Below, piece after piece: positions 25,917 to 40,103 of a stretch of DNA of 64,000 bases. The stretch spans positions 45,942,001-46,006,000 of the forward strand of contig NC_043002.1 of NCBI RefSeq assembly GCF_006345805.1, written 5' to 3'. Origin of the DNA: Octopus sinensis (taxonomy: Eukaryota). Made by a program: the position numbers and the translations under genes. The notes beneath the pieces are model-generated. The model was given only the letters and a program-made list of their open reading frames with translations. It made no database searches and was not told the origin of the DNA. How positions within the stretch are numbered: the stretch's first letter is position 1; each line of letters starts with the position of its first letter.

Positions 25917-28629
25917 TTATTGACAGGAGTGGCTGTGTGGTAAGTTTACCAACCACATGGTTCTGGATTCAGTCCCACTTTGTGGTATCTTGGGCAAGTG
26001 TCTTCTATTATAGCCTCAGGCCAACCAAAGCCTTGTGAGTGGATTTGGTAAACGGAAACTGAAAGAAGCCCATCACATGTTTATGTTTGTGTGTCTGTGT
26101 TTGTCCCCCACCCTCCCTATCATTCGACAACTGATGTTGGCGTCTTTATGTCACCATAACTTAGCGGTTTGGCAAAAGAGACCAATAGAATAAGTCCTGG
26201 GGTTCATTTGTTTGACTAAAGGTAGCACTCAAGCATGGCTGCAGTCAAATGACTGAAGCAAGTAAAAGAGATATGCCATGAGGAATAGAATAATTCCATT
26301 TTGGATGTTTGCCTTTATTTTGAGAGACAGAAAATAAGTAAATAGAATTACTCCCAACTGGATCACAAAAATATGAATGAAAAATGAAGTAGATAACAGT
26401 TACTGTTTAGTCCAGATCTGCTTCAGTTGAGTAGATCTATAATTAAAGGTGTTCCAGTCATGACCATCTTTTCTTTTTCTGTGTCAGGGATTACATGGTT
26501 CAATGGGTCCTTTCTTTGTTTAAGACAGTAAGGTATATTTAAGGGAATTTAACTGCTATTTCTAATGTGTTAGATGACTAAGTACATGTTCCTTTGCTGA
26601 GTTGGATGATGGTAGGTAATTCATTTTGGTTGTGTAAGTTCTAAGCCAGTTGGTGGGGTCTGGTTTGGAGTTGTGGGCTTTGACTGCTGAGGAATGTAGA
26701 AGACACATCATGAAAGATAGTTTTAGCCTGTGTCAACCAAAACTTTCTCAGTGGATTTGATAGATGGAAAAGTTGTGCATATATAAATGTATGTGTTGTG
26801 TATGTTTGAGTCTCTTTGTTTTCACATCATGCAGAAGTTGTAAGTGAGTGTCACCCACACACACACACTGTCTTTTATTTTCAGTTATTTTTTTGTGAAA
26901 AAATATGTCTGACTATGGAAACAATTGAAGATTAGTGCCAGGAAGAGGATCAAGCCACTGAAAACCTGCCTCAACAAATTCCATCTCACCCATGCAAGCA
27001 TTATCATCATCATCATCATCATTTAATGTCCATTTTCCCATACTAGCATGGGTTAGGCAGTTTGACAGGAGCTAGCAAGCAGAAGAGCTGCCCAGGTTCC
27101 ATGTCTGCTTTGACAAGGTTTCTACAGCTTGATGCCCTTCCTAATACCAACCAGTTTACACAGTGTCTTGGGTGCTTTTATGCAGCACCAGCATGCGTGT
27201 GTTTATGTGGAACTGGTATGAGTGCGCTTTTACATGGCACTAACACCCTCCAGCCTGCAAGATTAGGAATGCTCAGCTGGAGAAGGATGCAGGGTACATG
27301 ACTGTATGCAAGGACAACCACGATTTTACTAAGCCTGACATGTCTTCTCAAGTATACCAAACTGTCAGGAGTCTCAGTCCCCTGTCATTCCCTCTGTGAG
27401 GCCCAATGTCTGAAGATCATTTCTCACTAAGATCCCTTCTCATGAAATAAAAGTGGCCATTAAAATGATTATGACATATATATACATAGCCAGCCGCCAA
27501 CACTTTTTTCTGGAAAAATAGGGGTAGCTAATCCTGTTCAGGTTATATTATTAGCGTTATCCTGTGTTTGAGAATTTAAATCACTTTTTTAACTTTCTAA
27601 GAAATCTCAACGCTTCTAAAGCAAACTTCATTTGTTTGTTTACATTCATCATAATTTGAAATTATATATATGTATATATATATATGTTTTTTTTTACTTT
27701 GTACTTGTTTCAGTCATTAGACTGCGGCCATGCTGGGGCATCGCCTTGAAGAATTTTAGTGAAACTAATCAAGCCCAGTACTTGTTTTCTTTTTAAGCCT
27801 GGTACTTATCCTATCGGTCTCTTTGGCTGAACCTCTGAGTTATGGGGATGTAAACACACCAACACTGGTTGTCAAATAGTGGCTGGGGGATAAGCACAGA
27901 CGAAAACATATACATATACAAGGAGTGGCAGAATTAATGCTCTTTTTGCATTTGATAACTTTTATAGTATATGTTTATTAAGTAATTTTTTATTGAACAC
28001 AAATTTCTTGCCTTACTTAAACAAATAACAAACTAATGAAAAAAATGGCAGAAGTTTTAGGAAACATAAAAAAACTCAATTAGAAACTAGAAAACTCAAA
28101 TACAAAAGGGTGGTACTTCTGCTGCACCCTGTATATTATTTAAACTTCTTACCACATAGCCATGTCTGCGCCTGGTACAACACCAACTTTTTGGAACTGA
28201 CGGTCTGGAATCTTTTATAATTTGCATTAATTTACATGCAGGAACTTTAAATACCTGCAGCAGCCAGACTAGTTTACCTGTACCTTACACCAACTAGTAC
28301 TTTGCACAAAACAGTATCACTAAACTTGTATCATTTATATTAATGTACAGATACTTGTATTTCATTTAATTATTGAAGTAAATTTAATAGTTGTTTAATT
28401 TAGATTGTGTTGACCAAAGTGATCGCCCTTGGATTCAGAAAAGGTTCCAGATAATCAGTGTTGTACCTGTACACACACACATGTATATAATGAACTTTTG
28501 CAGTTTCCCATCTACCAAGTAACTCACATTGGTTGACTCAAGGCTATTGTTCAAGACACACTTGATGTACCACTCAGTATAACTGAACATAAAATATGGT
28601 AAAAATCTAGGCAGGTATCCTGGTATTTC

Positions 28630-29780
28630 TGGAATGCTGTTAGGTTATTCTGAAAATAATGGCCGATTTTAGAAACATAAATTTATTCTGGAAAAATTAA
28701 CAATAGAAATGTTTTGATTAGTCAAAGCATGAGCCATGAACATCTCTGCCATCGATTGATGAGATTATTTATGCCTCGTTGATAAAAACTTATTGGCTTT
28801 GATACTAAGAAATCTTTGAAAGCTGATTCCACCTCTGGTTTGGACCTGAAAGTTTTATCACTTAAAAACTTGTTTAAATGCTTTTAAAAAATGGTGGTCA
28901 GTGGGTGGAAGATGTGGTAAACTCTTGTATCCCAAGTCTGTGAGTTTCTGCAGCGTCATTCTTGCAACATGTGGCTTTTCATTATTGTGGAGCAGACTTG
29001 GGCCATGCTAATTCACCAATGCAGGTCTCATTTTTTGCAAGTGAGCATGCATTTCAACGAGTTGATTGCAGTAAACCTCTGCTGTAATGCTCTGATTGGC
29101 TCCCAGAAAGCTGTAATGGACAACACCAATTGCAGACCGCCAGACAGTCAATATAATCTTTTGCTGATGAAACTTTGGCTTTGAGAAATGTTTGGGGAAC
29201 TCATCATGATCAAGGCATTGACGTGATTGTTTACAGATATCATAAAGGATCCATTTTACATCACAAGTGACTATTCGGTCAAGAAAAAGATCATTAGTGT
29301 TTCACAGAAACAGCATTGAGCACACTTCAAAACGCCAAACTTTGATTTTCATTGAGCTCATGTGGTACCCATTTATTGTGCTTTTTCACCTTACCAATCT
29401 TCTGCAGATTACGTGAGGCCGTTGCAATATCAACACCAAGTGCCTGAGACATTTCTCTGACACTTTGATGTGGGTTTTGTTCAACAATTGCTTTCAATTG
29501 TTCATTGTCAAGACTGCACGACTATCCTCTACCTTCTTCATTTTCAAGTCTCTCATCACCAACTTTGGAATTTCTGAAACCACCTTTGTACTGTGCGATC
29601 ACTTGTGGATCCCTCTCCCCATGTTCTGTTGATATTGGCAGCAATTTGGGAGGCATTGTGTCCAAGCTTGAACTCATGCAAGAAAAGTAAGCAAAGGTCC
29701 TTTTTTGTCATGTTCATAATTAAGGGTGCCTATGCTTCAAGAATGTTTTCTGTCTGAAATAAGTAGAAAATTATTAAAGA
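28630..29780 (-). mobile_element. Mariner transposase remnant
   Basis: Degenerate minus-strand matches to mariner motifs (IVTCDVKWILYD, LPPTDHHFLKAF for the YSPDL region). Confidence 0.75.
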
Positions 29781-30562
29781 GCATACATCAATTATTAAGT
29801 ATGTCGAAATTCACCTAAAATATAATTAAAATACTATGATAAAATTGTACTGTCTGATCTAATTGCCCTTTATAAACAGCCTTCCCTAACTCTTGTAGCC
29901 AGAATTATGTTTTAATATCTATCAGTCATTTCATTTAGTTACATAGAATTCAATGCACTCATTGTGCAACAATTATTCCATTCAGGTTTCATTAGCTCTT
30001 GTTAATTGAATTAAACCTTTAGCATTCTGATTATTCTATCAAAAGCAATGCTTATTTATTCTGTATTTTCTTGTATCCTTGAGATTTTGATTATGTGAGT
30101 GCATATTATTTAGACTAACATTATAGGGTAGGTGTGAGAGACTGGATCTGGCCAATTTGAACTTAAACCAGGAAGGATATTTTGGCTGGACATGGCTGGT
30201 TTAAATGTTAAAGGATGAAACACCCACTTTTGCATATTCACATGGGGTTCTTCATAATCTGAGGTAAGCTGTAATGTAATATAAAAATACATCAATAATA
30301 ATAAGAAAAAAAGAGCATGGGCTTGAACTTGGTATTCCTTTGTTTCAGGTTACATAGTTTCAGTATTTGGTAATATCTGACATTATACTATAGATGCAAT
30401 CCATAAACGATCCTCACATGGGCAGCATGCAAAATCAAACACATTTTCAGACAGTGAAGTGAGAAATATAAGTAAAACATACTGTAACCAAATTTAAATG
30501 CAAGGTTCTAGAGGTCGGAAGAGCAGGAAGATGGAGGGCAGAATTATGGCCCCACAACCACA

Positions 30563-30589
30563 AATTCTATCTATCTATCTATCTATCTG

Positions 30590-30675
<86 letters not shown>

Positions 30676-30731
30676 TATATATCTGTATATATATATATAT
30701 ATATATAATATATATATATCTGTATATATAT

Positions 30732-30762
<31 letters not shown>

Positions 30763-30987
30763 CTGTATATATATATATATATAACGGGAAGCTTTATGAA
30801 AATAAACAAAAGACGAAGGCAGGTGGAAAACAAACGAACAATTGTATTAGTATGGCGCTCAGGAAATATAAATAAAACAAGTCTTTAACGTTTCGAGCCT
30901 ACGCTCTTCAACAGAAAGATACACAGAGAGAAAAACACAGAAAGAAGGAGAGAAAAAAAATGCGTGCAGTAGCTAACGAATCAACAT

Positions 30988-31024
<37 letters not shown>

Positions 31025-31110
31025 GTATATATATATATATCTGTATATATATATATATATATCTGTATATATATATATATATATCTGTATATATATATAT
31101 ATATATATAT
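30563..31110. repeat. (TA)n / (TATC)n microsatellite tracts flanking a hammerhead-bearing insert
   Basis: Direct inspection. Confidence 0.9.
30882..30919 (-). ncRNA. Minimal hammerhead-like motif with variant core CUGUUGA
   Basis: TCTTT-CTGTTGA-A-GAGC-GTAG-GCTC-GAAA-CG-TT-AAAGA, inside a ~210-bp element between (TA)n tracts. Confidence 0.55.
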
Positions 31111-31399
31111 CACCATACAAAAGACTTTCGATTGGTTTAGTAGAACAATTGAAAGTCCATGATCCAGACAGTTTTAATTATTTTCCTTTTACCAATTGTG
31201 TAAAAAGTTATTTATTCAGGAAGGCGTTTAGATAGCATAATTGTCAACATAATTGCTCACTTGTGATCCGTATTGATTACATTCGGAATGTTTCTATGTT
31301 CATCGATTCAGCTATTTTTAAGGGTGCATACTGAGTTGTAGAGACTGTTTTTTCACTTTTTAATGCTATTTAAGAATTTAGCTAGAATTTAATTTTAAT

Positions 31400-32473
31400 T
31401 GCAGTGGACGACCCCCCCCCCCCAAAAAAAAAACCCCAACAGAAATACAAAAACAAAACAAGCAGAACCCCGCCCAACAATTTCCTGCCGTGAAACATTA
31501 TTTTAAAATGAATGGGTTGGTAAGGGTAGCGAGCTGGCAGAATCGTTCAATCGTCAGGGAGGGGAGGGAGGTGTGTGGCTTAGCGGCATTTCTTTATGTT
31601 CTGAGTTCAAATCTCACTGAGATCAACTTTACCTTTCACTTCTCTAGGATGGATAATATAATGTATTAGTCTAGTACTGGAGTCGATGGTATTGACTAAC
31701 CAACCCCGCCTCTTAAAATTGTCGACCTTTTACCTAAATCATAAACCATATTAAAAGGTGGTGGGACTTAGATATTTCCAAACACATTAAGTGCTATAAG
31801 AAATTCTACTTCGCAAAGGGAAGAGAATTGTCAAAATAATTTGTAGAAAATTTTAGTTTGAGGATACAAATGTGCCGATCCTATAGAGTAGAATTGTTAC
31901 AATTGTCCCATGTCAGCTTATGGCTAAAATCCAATTCTTGATAGAATTCTTCAGATATTTCATTCATTCATTCATTAATTTCTCAGTCGCTTTTAACGGC
32001 CACATGGATCTTAGTAAAGCCAATAACTATTGTAAAACAATGACACTTTTTCTTCCGAGAATTTCGAATGACATTCCAACTGAAATTATTAAATTTCTAC
32101 TTATCTTATAAATAGTATTTATGTATTTACATAAACCCCTGTTCATGCTTATGCATACGAATATTAACATCTTAATTACTTTAAACGATTCAGTCGCTGT
32201 ATGGGATCTAAACAAAATAATCATAATATTAGACATGATAGAACATAAAATAAACTAAAAGCTGCTGGTTAAAATTTGTATCTATTTAGTTTTTCTGCTA
32301 TTGGATCCAAAGGGATTATGTTAAAGCTTAAAAACCGATTATTTTCAATGTTTGAGAGAGAGAGAGGCGATAATTGACGGAATAAAGGAGACAAATCGAA
32401 CGAGAAAGAAAATGAATGAGAGGAGTTAATTAAATAAAAAATTAAAAAAAAAAGCAGAGAAAGTGAAAGTGTT

Positions 32474-32516
<43 letters not shown>

Positions 32517-35500
32517 TGTGATGGCACCGTTCTATGAAACAGCATCAAAGACCGAAACAAGAAGCATGAAATAGAATTAGGCGAAGTAATATCATTGCGA
32601 CTGGAACAATCCTATTTCATAAGGAGTTGAGTTGAAGGATGGTGCAGAGATAGAAAGGCAGATAGAGATGAAGAGTGAGAGATAGAAAGGCAGATAGAGA
32701 TGAAGAGTGAGAGAAAGAAACAGTGAGAGAGAAGTAGTAGGGGATTTAAAACCACGGGAGAGAGAGACAAATTGGGAGTGAAAATATAGATTGGAGGAGA
32801 AAAAGACAGAGGGGAATAGTGAAAGAAAGAGAAAGTGAGACACGCAGGATTTACAAATATTTCCAGTTTTTAATATGGTAAGTAAAACACGAGATTTCCT
32901 TAGTTATCATTCCAAGCATTCACTCACCACAACAATTAATATGGTCCGGACGTTCCGGTGTGAACTAATTGTAATCTGTGCGTATGTTGGCACACACGAT
33001 GTGTTGTTAGTATATTTATCTAAAGCCAGACGGTTTTGTTCTTGTATTAGATTATGCGAAAATTAATCGAAGAGTCTGCTATTCAGGGCTGGTATAAAGC
33101 TTTCGTTTTATCCAAGAACTGTTTAAACAACGCGCCTATCATTCATTCAGCCAGTCAACCCCTGGCAATGTTTGTTTATGTAGAAAAACAAATCGTTGAC
33201 GCTTCGTCTTTATACAAATGAATGGAAATTTGTAATAGGTATAAATCAGCATGCCATTCCGTATAACACACACACACACACACACGAAAAGATCATGAAT
33301 AAATTTCTCTCACACAGGTACTGAGTGGGATTTCGGATTTATAGGAGAGAGGAAATGTGTGTGTAATGTTCATGCCTTTCCCCTGAACATATGCGACGTA
33401 AATGATATGGCTAGGACCGGGAATGGCAATCTGGGCATAAATTCGACTTGTCGGGAACTTAATTCGATTCATAAGTACCCAAATAGACTGACCGTAATAC
33501 TAGCAGTATCACTCGCACCGCTCATTGTAGTCACTAGAAATAACAGCCAAATCTTTGTTAGAACACACCCTACAGTCTTAATTAAGAAATAGTCATAGAA
33601 TATAATAGAATCCGAAATGCGCCTGGAATACGTTTGGAACACCTTCGGCTATAAAGGTCTGCTCAATCAGATTTAACCTGGGACTAAACAGCAGTAACAG
33701 CAAGACACTTCTAATGAATATGCATCTTTCGATTGTGTCTGAAATAAAGGGCTTCACGGGGATCTTTATACATATTTTGTACCTAAATAAGAACTCATTT
33801 AATTTGAATATTTGTTTTATTTTTTCCCCTCTCGATTATTGTAGCAACTCTTCCTAAAAACTGCCCTGTTGAGGTTTTCCTTAAATTCTTTCACACTTAA
33901 ACAGTTAAAAAAACAAAACAAAACAAAACTTTCTTTGTTATAATCACAAAACAGCCATCTAATCTTAAAACAAGAAATTACTGAGGTTAATTATTCGGAG
34001 TTAAGTTTTTTTCGCTATTTTCAGTGTACTCGTTGTATGCCTGTTCTTTTTTTTTTTTGATTTTTGTTTTTCCTCCCATGTAAATTGCGTTTCAGGATGC
34101 CAGCATTAATTATAATAATAATTATTATCAATACTGGTGATCCTTAAGTTTTACGCACAAAGAGACATTTTAAAGCACTAAATTAACTGACAAATATGGT
34201 TTTTGTATGCCAATTTTTTTTCTTATTCAATATAATCAATAGTTGATAAATATTCTTCAAGTTTTGTTTGGAAACTTAAAAGAAAAAAAAAAAAGGAAAA
34301 AAATACGATTTACACCTACAAATAATTGGGAAAAAAATTCTTTTCCAGTTAAACAATATCGAAATATAATTTCTAATTAATTCTTTGCACTTGAAACACG
34401 TTTTAGCTGTTTTTCGTTTTTGTTACTATACTCTTTAAAATACAGAGCCCATCTGAACGGCTGTTTATTGAAAAACAATAAACTCGAATTATCGACAAGA
34501 TACTTATAAATTCTTTGATAGGGGAACTGAGGGGGTGAATGAATCTCATCGTTGAAAGTGGGGAAGAAAACTAAAACGGAATTAACAAAATAAATAAATA
34601 AAATAATAATAATAGTTAGTAACGTGGGCGCTTGTGAAGTCAGAAAGCATGTACGCAAGTTTTTCCATTTAAAGAAAAGGAATGATCTTATGAGGCAATC
34701 TTTCGCCTTTAGAAGGCGAAAGATTGCCTTTTATGAATAAACTTTGATTCTATTTAAGGCAAAGCAGTGTAAATAAATCAACTTGAACGAATTACTCTTT
34801 CATTATCCCCAGGCTGTCTTACCTTTGTCGCAATACCTATATAATATTTACATATTTATTTATTTACCTGATTTTTGTCAAATTCTTTAATTTCCTTTAT
34901 AATCTTTTTCTCTCAGCATTCATAACATGACAAGACCCGCTTACACGCTCACGCACGCACATTCATATAAATACACAAAACAGTAAGAATGAGCGTATTT
35001 CTACTCTAATTCTGGGGCAACTAACTCTATATGGAAGTGTTAGTTAGATGAAACTGATCTTATTTTGGTTGAAACGTCATCCTTATAAGCTCTTTTCTTT
35101 TAACGTCAACATCGTTTATACACCCTTCTCATACCTGCTCTCTCTCTCTCATATATACACGTGTATGCGTATGAGAAAGAAAGAGAGAGTATTTGTAACT
35201 TCGTATTGTTGCTTTTATTTATAATAGTCTACATAATTTTTAGGAAGTGCGTCTTAAGCGTGCCACTCTAATCTGTTCTTCACTGACTGCTAAAGCGACT
35301 CTACAAACAATGCCATCTGTTTAACTAGAAACGGGATATTAGATATCAGTCTGTTTACATAAATATTTATCGATATGTGTTATCTATCGATTTGTTGACA
35401 TTTCCATTTTATGGCATCTCATTAAGGAATTTAGAAAAATAGAATAAATATACAATGATTTACAGGATAATAATTTATTTGAACTTTTGTTTTTACATAA

Positions 35501-35900
35501 GCACACAAACGAATATAAGACAGTCCATGTTGTATAGCCGCAGGTTAATTCCGTCTGATGAAGCAAACTTTCGATCAAAGGCGATTCAATCGTGACCATC
35601 TATTCTTTTTTCATGCTAGCAGAGTGATTGTAGTGATGGAGAACAGAGTATTTTGCTCCTGTTTTACTCAGGTCAAGCAGTGGCACACTTTCTAGTTGGT
35701 TCCAGGGATGTTCTTGTTTAGCGCTAGGTCAGCCCTTACCAAGAATACCTGTGATCCAGCCGGAACTATCTTATTAAACTAAGACTAAATTATTCAACGT
35801 GTCCTTTCTTTTAATCATATTTTAAGATGTTAGAATTGTAATCTGGAGAAGAATTTGGCTGCTATTTCGTTTGGTGGAGTGCCCTGGTTGGCTTGAAATC
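31400..35900. promoter_or_regulatory. CpG-retaining, repeat-poor region; candidate promoter or hypomethylated domain
   Basis: Visibly more CG dinucleotides than the flanks (not counted). TATCGATA (DRE-like) at 35368 and GGAAGTG (ETS-like) near 35243. Confidence 0.35.
34693..34729. repeat. Perfect 17-bp hairpin with 3-nt loop
   Basis: AGGCAATCTTTCGCCTT-TAG-AAGGCGAAAGATTGCCT. Confidence 0.9.
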
Positions 35901-38900
35901 TTGTTCATTAATAATATTTTCAATGACATTGCAGTTGTGGGTTGATAGAAATGGCAGAGTATTGAAACTAAATATCTTGGAGTATTTAGATAAAGTTCTG
36001 AATTTATATTCTATAAGGGCAGGTCAGCTTTCAATTATTTCATTTTTGTCCTGTTACATTAATATTTATGATTTTGTTTGGGTTGGCAAATTCTGCCTTA
36101 GAGTGTCAGTTTGTTGTGAGGCAAGAATCTATGGACATAAAGAAAGAGACTGGACAATGGAGAGAATATAGCATGTCCAGACTGTCACACGTGCATCCCA
36201 TTCAATTCATCTCTGTATGTTGGAGTGTGCACTGTGGTCCTCAGTTTGATGGTGGAATGATATAACTGGAACTACGTACGTGTGGATCGTGTCTAGTTGC
36301 TTTGGCCTACTACCTGTCTGCCATAGAAATGTGTGAGCAGGGATGATCTGGGGCTATACAACTTTGTTATGGGGGAGATAATTATGTGGTATTGAAAGTA
36401 CTGTATTTGATAGCAGCTTATAAGACATGCCTTAATTTTGGCAGCCTCTTTCTTCAACCATCACTTGCCAGTAAACCAAAACACCCTAACCTTGTATTTA
36501 TAAGACACACTGATTTTCTGAGACAATTTTGGGGGAAAATAAGTATACTTTATAAACCATCAAATATTGTAGTAATCTTTATTAAGAAGGAGTGTTGTGC
36601 TATTCCATGACTTTTGGTTGTTTTTCCATTTGCTGGGTCTGGAGGAGGGAGCAGTGCCCATGAATTTTGTTGTTCTTCTAAGACAAGCGAGATTGATGTC
36701 ATTAATGATACTCTTGAACTTTTGTAAGTTAGCACTTGTGGGAAAAGAGGAAATTTCAGAGGGATAGATTTTCGAAAAGGAAAAAAGATTAGGCTTGGTG
36801 ATGAGTGTTAAGCCTGGGTAGGGGTTGCACACAACCGCGTGTTCAAAGAAGAGTCATATATTCATTTTAACTAAACTAATGACAGTTAATCATTAGCATG
36901 CCAGGCAAAATATATAAGTTTCATTTCATCTGTCTTTATGTTCTGAGTTCAAATTCCGCTGGGGTCTACTTTGCCTTTCATCCATTCAGGGTTAATAAAA
37001 TAAGTACCAGTTGAGTGGGGATTAATGTAATCAACTTACACCCTCACATAAAGTTGCTGGCCTCGTATCAAAATTTTAAACAAATATTATTACTATCATC
37101 ATTTTATTCTACAGTTTTGAATTATCATTGACATTTCTGCAAAATTATAATCAGTTGAAGATTATTGTACTTTTAAATGGTCTTACAATATTTTATTGTT
37201 TTTTAAATCTCTTTTCTCTATCTGAGTTCAAATCCCATAACTGACAACTTTGCTTTCATTTTTACAAAGTCAGTGAAATAATTATTAGTCATGACTAGGG
37301 TCACTTCAGTTGTCCATGTCCTTCCCCAACAATATGCGGTTTCAAGCTGATTGTTATTATTATTGTTATTGTGCATCCTTCCTCACTCTGGCCTGGCTCG
37401 TTTGAGTGTTTAGGTAGTTGAGCAAATGGCAAAGCCAACTGATCCAGCAATCTTGTTGAGGAATGCACTGTACATTCCAACATGAAGTGGCTTGTAATGT
37501 GTCTGATGCAGTGTGGCAGTCTGATCATTTCTCTCTTTTTTTTTGCTGTTGTCCAATCTGCTCTTTCAGAGGTTCATAGTTCACTACTATAAAGGAAGAG
37601 AAACATAGATACCACAAAACCACCATCTCCCTTATCTGTCTGTCTCTCTATATATGTGTATGTGTGTGTGTGTGTGTGTTTGTTAGAAAGAAGAATAAAC
37701 AAGCAAAACATGTGGTATCACTTTAAAGCTTGTAATTTATAATTCAAACATAATTGCAGAGTTGTTAGATTAAATAAGGGATTAAGGTATTATCTACAAA
37801 GCCTGTTACAGCTATTTCTTGAATAGGTGCGCATATGGTGCATTGATTGTCATATAAAAGCCAATTATTCTATGTCCAGAGAGGAAGGATTAAGGAATAT
37901 CCATAATGAAGGATATTAGTAGTTAGCCGTTCCCTCGTTGAATTAAGGAATATCCTTAGTAAAAGAGATTAGTAGTTCTCACTTCGATCATGTAAGAGAG
38001 AATGAGGTAGATTATGAGTGGAAGGGCTGTAAGGAATACAGGACAGTATAAAAGAAAAACAGAATGGTGAATGCATAGAAGTAGATAGACACTAACTGGT
38101 ATCATGAAGGCATATATAACCTTAATAGTTAGGGGTATTTATATATATATATATTTTATTGTTTGACTTGTTTCAGTCATTTGATTGCAGCCATGCTGGA
38201 GCACTGCCTTTAGTCGAGCAGATCGACCCCAGGGCTTATTCTTCGTAAGCTTAGTACTTATTCTATTGGTCTCTTTTGCTGAACCGCTAAGTTATGAGGA
38301 CATAAACACACCAGTATAGGTTGTCAAGCGATGTTGGTGGGGACAAACACAGACACACATGCACACATACACATGTACACACACATGCACATGCACACAC
38401 ACACATTTATATATGACAGGCTTCTTTCAGTTTCCGTCTACCAAATCCATTCACAAGGCTTTGGTCGGCCCGAGGCTATAGTAGAAGACACTTGCCCAAG
38501 GTGCCATGCAGTGGGACTGAGCCCAGAACCATATGGTTTGTAAGCAAGCTACTTACCACACAGCCACTCCTAAAAAGCTTTACGGCTGCAAGATAGAGTA
38601 ACATTGGGTAACGCAAAGGAAAATGAAAATGTCCTGTAGGACTGGAGACTAAAGATGGACAGATAGAAAGTCAGAATGAAGGAAGAAGTAAAGTATTATG
38701 GAGAGAAAGAAAGAGAAAAAGAAATTGGGAAGAAAGCAAAAGAGAGGCAAAGAAAGAGAAAGAGACCGAAATAGATGTTGCACAAAAATATTCTAAGAAT
38801 AGAAAAGGAAAGTTTTAGGTCAGTGATGATCTAAACCAATAGGTACGCTGCTTAAGTGCTGTAATTGGTAATCCATTAGGATCCAAATTCACAATGGAGG

Positions 38901-38940
38901 CTGGCGCTGAGGAACCATAGCAGACTTCTGAGTCAGCGGG

Positions 38941-39137
38941 TATAAACTAAAGGAAGAGGAAAACAATACCAAGGCGGGACAAACTTATCAGATCATTTAA
39001 AATATTTTAACTAATGTAATTAATGTAAAGGTGATAGTTCGATTCACCTTTACATTAATGACATTAATTAGAATATTTTAAATGATCTGATAAGCTTGTC
39101 CTGCCCTGGGATTGTTTTCCTCTTCCTTTATTTTATA
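38941..39137. repeat. Inverted repeat, ~94-bp arms, 9-nt spacer
   Basis: 38941-39034 versus 39044-39137, imperfect, ending at a short (TA) run. Confidence 0.88.
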
Positions 39138-39773
39138 TATATGGGTTCAATCCCCTGAGTGGGTGGTGCACTGTTTTCTTGAGCCAAAAACTTCATTTCA
39201 CATTGCTCAAGCTCCACTTTTCAATCAGGGTGGGAATGCTGGCCTGCTCGCCTAGCCAGCAGGGTGGCATCATTTTAACGCTAAAACAATGCAAATGTGC
39301 ATTGTGACTAGCGATGTGTATCAACATCTGATAGCTTGGTTGGTCATGTGATCACGTGTTATATATGCATATACATATATATATACATATGTACACACAC
39401 ATACATACATACAAACATACATACATACATATATATATATATATACATACACAACCACATACCTACATATGTATGAATAGATATGTGTATACACACATGC
39501 ATATATACACCTACACACACACTCATACACACACACACTCATGCATATGTAGACATAAACACACATATATATAAAGGAATATAAGATACTGAGATAAGTA
39601 GGGTAGAGGAATGCATATTCAAGACATCAAAGAAAGATGGACATAAAATATTGATAAGAGATTTCAATGAAATGCAGTGAGATGGTATTAAGCTTTAGTG
39701 GCAACCACAATAAAAGTTAAGTGGGAATTGGACAGAGTGCAAAAGTTGTTTGTCTTTAGCTTATGTTTTAAGT

Positions 39774-40103
39774 CAGGGGTTCTCAACCATTTTTTATCTA
39801 TGTACCCCTTTGATTACTATTTTATTATGGTGGATCCCCATAGCCATTCGAAGTATAAAAAGTAGTTTTATAGAAACTTCTTTCAAAATCCCCATTTTAT
39901 TTTTCCCACATTAACTTGTGTAGTTTGAACTAAGTAAAACGTTAGAGAAAGAAATCTATCTGTTTCTTGCAATACATACTAATACATACATCAAAAGCAA
40001 AATTTTTTCAAGGCCTCTTAAAATACTATTGTGGATCCCTAGTTTATTCTTTTGTTACATAGACACCAAAAAATCTTATATGTATCCCATTTGAGAACCA
40101 CTG
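39774..40103. mobile_element. hAT-type MITE
   Basis: TIR CAGGGGTTCTCAA / TTGAGAACCACTG. Imperfect 8-bp TSD ttttaagt / ttttagct. Partial relative at ~15940-16145. Confidence 0.7.

Noticed and set aside
30498-31235. YIYI-rich ORFs (also at 12968, 57949, 58671, 59149) and THTH ORFs (46358, 57522)
   Set aside because: Translations of (TA)n and (CA)n repeats.
36100-36840. Possible degraded LINE RT on the minus strand
   Set aside because: No diagnostic RT motif could be recovered with confidence.
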